Assembly: GCA_002269645.1 (NCBI GenBank)
Contig: NIVC01001022.1
Location: forward strand, 1-64,000
Source of the DNA: Macrostomum lignano
Lineage: Eukaryota
DNA: 64,000 bases
Reading direction: 5' to 3'
Part shown: piece after piece, positions 57,301 through 64,000 of the stretch
Layout: each line of letters starts with the position of its first letter
How positions within the stretch are numbered: the stretch's first letter is position 1
Program-made: the position numbers and the translations under genes
Notes under the pieces: model-generated
What the model was told of the DNA's origin: nothing
What the model saw: only the letters and a program-made list of their open reading frames with translations
Database searches by the model: none

Positions 57301-60300
57301 AGGAGAGGCAACTTAGCAGTCGGATAGGCCACACCGGGAAGAGCCGAGGCTGATATAAGTGAAAGCGGTGGAAAAAGAGAAGAGAGGAGAGGAGGAGAGA
57401 GGAGGACAGTGGAGAGAAGGAGGGTCGAGGTGGCAGCAAGGGACGGTGACTGGCTGGAAAGTTCAGGAGGAGGCCGAGCTAAGGGGAATCTCCAAAAAGA
57501 GAGCGAGTGAAATAAAAATACGGTGTGAGGTAGGTGCAGGGGAAACCGAGGGGATTATACAGTATATTGCGGGCAGGAGGGGGGAAATGAGCTAAACGAG
57601 AAATGGGAGGACAGATGGGCGGGAAATCCGAGCCAGAGAGGGTCGAAAACACCCTGGGATATTTCAGAGAAAAGCAAAAGAGGAATCGGAGGATGTTGAG
57701 ACTTGGCAACGTAGAGAGGATTTGGGGAGTTGTAAAAAGGAAACAGGGAGAAACCGAGGAGGCAGTATAATACGGTAGATCAGTGCCAATTCTGCAGGAT
57801 ATTCTCATGAGGACAATTTACGACAAGGGAGAGAATTAGCTGCAGAAAGAATGAAGCGAGTCGGTGAAGAGGGTTGGCTGGTTTTGGGATAGAGTTCACA
57901 AGCTGGCGTAGTTTGTATTGAGAAACTGCAATATTGGCTGTGTTGAATAAACATAATTATGGATTTTTTCTCTATTTGACAGTTATATCCCAAATTGCCT
58001 TAAGGGATACCACACCTTTAAAATACTGTAAGTAGGTACTGTAGGATACTGTAAGAAGTGCTGTAGGATACTGTAAGAAGTGCTGTAGGATACTGTAAGA
58101 AGCACTGTAGGATACCTGTAAGAAGTGCTGTAGGATATTGTAAGAAGTGCTGTAGGATATTGTAGGAAGTGCTGTAGGATGCTGTAAGAAGTGCTGTAGG
58201 ATACTGTAAGAAGTGCTGTAGGATACTGTAAGAAGTGCTGTAGGATACTGTAAGAAGCACTGTAGGATACTGTAAGAAGTGCTGTAGGCTACTGTAAGAA
58301 GTACTGTAGGCTACTGTAAGAAGTACTGTAGGATACTGTAATAAGAGGTGCTGTAGGATATTTTAGGAAGTGCTGTAGGATACTGTAATATGAGGTGCTG
58401 TAGGATATTTTAGGAAGTGCTGTAGGATACTGTAAGAAGTGCTGTAGGATACTGTAAGAAGTGCTGTAGGATACTGTAAGAAGTGCTGTAGGATACTGTA
58501 AGAAGTGCTGTAGGATATTGTAAGAAGTGCTGTAGGATACTGTAAGAAGTGCTGTAGGATACTGTAAGAAGTGCTGTAGGATACTGTAAGAAGTACTGTA
58601 GGATACTGTAAGAAGTGCTGTAGGATACTGTAAGAAGTACTGTAGGATACTGTAAGAAGTGCTGTAGGATACTGTAAGAAGTGCTGTAGGATACTATAAG
58701 AAGTGCTGTAGGATACTGTAAGAAGTGCTGTAGGATACTGTAAGAAGTGCTGTAGGATACTGTAAGAAGTGCTGTAGGATACTGTAAGAAGTGCTGTAGG
58801 ATACTGTAAGAAGTGCTGTAGGATACTGTAAGAAGTGCTGTAGGATACTGTGTTGTAGGAAGTTTTGTAGACTAGTATATAGATTTTAAGAGCAGCTTAA
58901 GGTTGGGATTCTTAGCAGATTTACCAGCTGGACTCAAACCCAGATTAAATATTTTTACGTCTAAAAGTTACTCTTTGGGGCATTTAAATCCATTTGCTTA
59001 AGCTTCTTAACTAAAAACCTCTTTACTAAGGATCAGTTAAATTCTAAGTAAAAAAATCTGTAGCACTTACGTCTTCATCTTCGAGTCCTTCGCCAGTGAA
59101 GTACAGGACCGCACGGGGTATGACTCTTTCGCGAAGAAAGTGCCCGATTTCGAAGTCAGATTGAAGCAGGTCTTCGATCTCTTCGTCCTGTAATTTTATT
59201 GAGTATATAATTGAGCATTTTAAATTGTAATCCCGATCGAGTGCTTAGCTGTCACCCAAAGTGCAGCTTGAATATGAAACAAATACTGCACCATTATCTA
59301 CCACACGCTAATTTAAAAGACATTCACTGTACCAATGAAAAGTGCAAGCAACCTAACCTAGTATTATAAAAATCATATATCAATGCCCCTTAGGAAACAG
59401 GGTTTTTACCTCACGATTCTGCAAAAAATAATAATGTTAAAGCTTTATGAATTTAATGTAATTACCTAGAATTACATTAGCACTGAACTGCCAAATGGAA
59501 GCTGTTGTTGAAGGACAAATGACCCTATCTAACACCCGGAACTGACTGACCATATCTAACACCCCGAACAGAATGAACCTATCTAACACCCCAAACAGAC
59601 TGACTCTATCTAACACTCCAAACAGACTGACCCTATCTAACACCCCAAACAGACTGACCCTATCTAACATCCCGAACAGACTGACCTATCTAACACCTCA
59701 AACAGACTGACTCTATCTAACACCTCAGACTAACTCTATCTAACACCCCAAAAAGACTGACCCTATGTAACACTCCAAACAGACTGACCCTATCTAACAC
59801 CTCAAACAGACTGACCCTATATAACATCTCAAACAGACTGACCCTATGTAACACCTCAAACAGACTGACCCTATCTAACACCCCAAACAGACTGACCCTA
59901 TCTAACATCCCAAACAGACTGACCCATCTAACACCTCAAACAGACTGACCCTATCTAGAATATTAAACCAGCTAGAAATTCTAACAATTTGATTAATGAC
60001 GAAAAAAGAGTAAACATCAGAACCCATATCACTGTCTTATTTTAATTATCGAAATGGAAAAAAAGTTAATCTGATTTAATCTACCTATCTATCCAAGAAC
60101 TGCCGGTACAAACTTATAGGAAATTAATTATATTCAAAGTCCCGGCCTTGATCGCATTAGCACTCGCACATCTTGACAGGAAATATCCCTAGCTCCCATT
60201 ATTACACATAGGAAATCAATCAATATTGTATACAATCTGCAGAAACTGCAGAAACTGAATTTATTTATCTACATCTATCTATATGTCATTAGAATATATC

Positions 60301-63300
60301 AACTATACTTAAATTCAATCATCATAGCCAACATCAATCAATCTATCTATCTATCAATCAAGAAAATTTATCGAGAAGGGAGACAGACATAATGAGAGAC
60401 ACAGCGGACCCAAACAAGGATAGGAGCTCTACAAAACTGACTTATATACGTAGATATGATTATTACACGCTAGCCAGTATATTAGCAGGGTACTCGTAGC
60501 GTGCAGGCATGGCCTCAGGGGGGTACGCGTGAAAGAGCGAGACGGAGGCACTCGAACAAACGAGATAAGAAACAGAATCAGCCAGGGAGCACAGCATCAA
60601 CACATCTGGCTATGATAGGAAACAAGAAATGCAAGAGTAAAACAAGAATCAACACGATTAGGTAGAATCAGTGCTTGTTTATATGAGAGAGGAGGGTAAG
60701 AAAACAGAAGGGGGGCAGAGGAGAGGAAGAGAGGAGAGACAAAGAGGGAGAGCGAGGAGAGAATAGAGAACCATACAGTAGAGTTAGAGGAGAACCAAGA
60801 GAAGAGAGAGGAGAACCACAGAGGAGAGAGAGAACCACAGAGGAGAGAGAACCAAGAGGAGAGAGAGGAGAACCAAGAGGAGAGAGAGAACCACAGAGGA
60901 GAGAGAACCAAGAGGAGAGAGAGGAGAACCAAGAGGAGAGAGGAGAACCACAGAGGAGAGAGGAGAACGACAGAGGAGAGAGAGGAGAACCACACGGGAG
61001 AGAGGAGAACCACAGAGGAGAGAGGAGAACGACAGAGGAGAGAGGAGAACCACACGGGAGAGAGGAGAACCACAGAGGAGAGAGGAGAACCACAGAGGAG
61101 AGAGGAGAACGACAGAGGAGAGAGGAGAACCACACGGGAGAGAGGAGAACCACAGAGGAGAGAGGAGAACCACAGAGGAGAGAGGAGAACGACAGAGGAG
61201 AGAGGAGAACGACAGAGGAGAGAGAGGAGAACCACACGGGAGAGAGGAGAACCACAGAGGAGAGAGGAGAACCACAGAGGAGAGAGAACCAAGAGGAGAG
61301 AGAGGAGAACCACAGAGGAGAGAGGAGAACGACAGAGGAGAGAGAGGAGAACCACACGGGAGAGAGGAGAACCACAGAGGAGAGAGGAGAACCACAGAGG
61401 AGAGAGGAGAACCACAGAGGAGAGAGGAGAACCACAGAGGAGAGAGGAGAACGACAGAGGAGAGAGGAGAACGACAGAGGAGAGAGAGGAGAACCACACG
61501 GGAGAGAGGAGAACCACAGAGGAGAGAGGAGAACCACAGAGGAGAGAGAACCACAGAGGAGAGAGGAGAACCACAGAGGAGAGGAGAACCACAGAGGAGA
61601 TAGAACTACACAGTAAACACAGGAGAGAAAAGATAGCATTTTCAGGCCCAAGGCATCCAAAAAGGCATCAAAGTGTGTCCACTTAGATAAGATTAGGACC
61701 CATATAATCTACAGCACGATATCAGATATCACCAAGTCTTCGATAACAAACAGGAGAAACACGCACAAATAATTTCCATTCCAGGCGTGAATTTCCAGAA
61801 GTCCTTGCGGCCCAATATATAGCCCAGCAGCATGCAGAGGCAACAGGGCATATAAAACACTCAAGCAAGCGCACACAGTACCTTCCGACCTCGATGATGA
61901 GAGAAAGGAAGGAAGAACCGCGTTAATTGCATTAGAATGCAGCTCAGCTCAGGCCACCCCTAGCCCCCCTCGCCTCAGTCCAACAAGAAAAAGCCGACGA
62001 GGCTGAGAGCGTTAAATTGAATTAGTGAGGCCGAGTGCATCCTATTAGACAAGAGTTCGAAGCGAAAAAATGTGCGAGTCCATCAATACTTTGGTGGAAA
62101 ATTGAAGTTTACCTGCTTAGCCTAGCCTACTCAGATTACTTCCTGCTAGAGAAACTTCTCAGAGAAAGACTATTGACCCAAAGCTGTTTAAGTGTGTCCA
62201 TGTGTCTTAACTAATTAACTAAGCCAGTTTTAACGGTTCAGGGGTCACTGCTCAGTGAAATCGGCTTGCCCAAGACTCTGGGTCCGTGCTAGATTTAATG
62301 TAGAGTCTCTGAATCATGTTTGAAGTGCCCCAACTAGCCTACTGAGTTAGTAGAAAGTACCTCAATTAAACAAGAAAAGAAAATTTATAAGTCTAAAAAA
62401 ATTATAAACAGAAAAAAATTAACAAGCTAATAAGCACTTACATCTGATCCCAACTCGTCAATAGCTGAAACAGTCAAACGGGATAAGGTAAGAAAAACAA
62501 AAATAATTAATTAATTTACAAAATCTTAGTTGCAAACACGCGATGCCCATGAGACAATTATTGCGACAGGATAAAATAGCATACAAAAAGCTTATATTGC
62601 TACTAACAACCGATTTTGAGTAGAAATATACGAATTTTACTTCTAGTTTTACTCTCAACAATTTAATTCTTTCGCAAATCACGATAATTACATCCCAAAC
62701 TTTCTCATTAAAGTCAGTCCATCAAATCAACAAGTCAATCTATCAAATCAACAAGTCAATCTATCAAATCAACAAGTCAATCTATCAAATCAACAAGTCA
62801 ATCTATCAGAAATCAACAAGTCAATCTATCAGAAATCAACAAGTCAATCTATCAGAAATCAACAAGTCAATCTATCAGAAATCAACAAGTCAATCTATTA
62901 GAAATCAACAAGTCAATCCATCAGAAATCAACAAGTCAATCTATCAAAAATCAACAAGTCAATCTATCAGAAATCAACAAGTCAATCTATCAGAAATCAA
63001 CAAGTCAATCTATCAAATCAACAAGTCAATCTATCAGAAATCAACAAGTCAATCTATCAGAAATCAACAAGTCAATCTATCAGAAATCAACAAGTCAATC
63101 TATCAGAAATCAACAAGTCAATCTATCAGAAATCAACAAGTCAATCTATCAGAAATCAACAAGTCAATCTATCAGAAATCAACAAGTCAATCTATCAGAA
63201 ATCAACAAGTCAATCTATCAGAAATCAACAAGTCAATCTATCAGAAATCAACAAGTCAATCTATCAGAAATCAACAAGTCAATCTATCAGAAATCAACAA

Positions 63301-63946
63301 GTCAATCTATCAGAAATCAACAAGTCAATCTATCAGAAATCAACAAGTCAATCTATCAAATCAACAAGTCAATCTATCAGAAATCAACAAGTCAATCTAT
63401 TAAACCTACAATCTAATAGTAAAACAAGCCAATAAGCCACTCACTCTGCGTTGGCGGATTGAAGAAGTTGAAGAACGAATCAGCCTCGACAGTCTTCGTG
63501 ACAGTTCGCTTCTGCCCGCTGCCCCGGTGCTTCTGCACTTTGCGCACCACTTTAACCGTGGCATTTTTGCCAGCCTTCCACAGGATCTCGCAGCCGCTGC
63601 AGCGAACAATCTCGGGGCCCTCATAGTCCCACGGGTGCTCAGGATCCGGCACCATTCTCAAATAATAATGCTTAGTAAGCATACTATTAGAGAAGTATTC
63701 GTTTGGCGAGAAATGAAACTCCAATACGAAACCGCTCTGCTCTCCGCTGAACGTGATCACCTTGATGTCGGTCAGGTGGCGCAGTATCGGCTCGTCTTGA
63801 TCGCGAATCATCTGGCTCAGCAGGTCGACGTTCTTGAGCGCCGTCAGCCAGAACCCCGGCACGCCTGGGCCTGCGGGCTGCTGCAGCTGCTGCTCCGACT
63901 GAGGTGCGTCACCGGCCTGACCTCCGGCTCCGTTGGTCAGAGCCGT
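51340..63946 (-). CDS. NAP1L1: Nucleosome assembly protein 1 (NAP1/NAP1L family), 3' portion; 5' exons lie beyond the window end
   Basis: Exons 63946-63445, 62464-62442 (23 nt), 59187-59071, 53336-53316 (21 nt), 51858-51799 and a tentative last exon 51393-51340. Motifs GVPGFWLTALKN, DEPILRHLTDI, FVLEFHFSPNEYFSNSMLTKHY, SFFNFFNPP, DFEIGHFLRERVIPRAVLYFTGE and an acidic tail. Phases consistent. Confidence 0.9.
53978..57097 (-). CDS. GRIK: Ionotropic glutamate receptor, kainate-type (GRIK-like), single-exon ORF of 1039 aa, nested in a NAP1 intron
   Basis: Signal peptide, ATD, S1 (EGFCIDMM...WNGMVRELI...[25 protein letters not shown]), M2 LMQQG, M3 [15 protein letters not shown], S2 ([25 protein letters not shown]), M4 after [9 protein letters not shown], C-terminus KETVA. 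Uninterrupted 3120-nt ORF. Confidence 0.95.
   Translation of the reverse strand: [1039 protein letters not shown]
58025..58850. repeat. 22-bp minisatellite (ctgtaggatactgtaagaagtg)
   Basis: NAP1 intron, upstream of the iGluR start. Confidence 0.96.
59520..59958. repeat. About 27-bp minisatellite (cccaaacagactgaccctatctaacac)
   Basis: Direct reading. Confidence 0.93.
60780..61600. repeat. 20-22-bp GA-rich minisatellite (agaggagaaccacagaggag)
   Basis: Direct reading. Confidence 0.95.
62720..63402. repeat. 21-23-bp minisatellite (aatcaacaagtcaatctatcaga)
   Basis: Starts about 40 nt inside the NAP1 donor at 63444. Confidence 0.96.
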
Positions 63947-64000
63947 CTGGCGAGGGAAGGGGTGATAATGGCTCTAATTGGGATATCTGATTGGGATTTC

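Noticed and set aside
61882-61889. 8-nt candidate NAP1 microexon
   Set aside because: The 23-nt exon at 62464-62442 has stronger sites and already restores phase; including both would break the frame.

Overview
Eukaryotic (invertebrate metazoan) genomic DNA with GC-rich exons and introns packed with micro- and minisatellites. The style is compatible with a free-living flatworm such as Macrostomum, but that attribution is inference only. Most long ORFs in the supplied track are tandem-repeat artefacts, so gene models were rebuilt by hand from GT-AG sites and reading phase. Genes found: (1) the 3' end of a TRPA-family channel on + (740-3793); (2) a secreted fibrinogen-domain protein on - (6475-7788, two 1-nt frameshifts); (3) a near-complete 24-exon, about 1066-aa TRPA paralog on - (10737-26680), inverted and convergent with copy 1, showing patchwork identity suggestive of gene conversion; (4) an intronless H-type ferritin head-to-head with it (27110-27624, one 1-nt frameshift); (5) unidentified ORFs at 28-31.7 kb; (6) class I eIF4E on - (35235-36915); (7) the last two exons of an unidentified membrane protein ending in KxKxx (46911-48658); (8) a NAP1 histone chaperone on - (about 51340 to beyond 63946) whose intron holds, on the same strand, (9) an intronless 1039-aa kainate-type glutamate receptor (53978-57097). 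Mobile DNA: a Ty1/copia relic, a 5'-truncated Gypsy element with an extra downstream ORF, two tRNA-derived SINE families (one with a CORE domain), hAT-type MITEs with 8-bp TSDs nested with those SINEs, a Tc1/mariner-type MITE and another foldback element.
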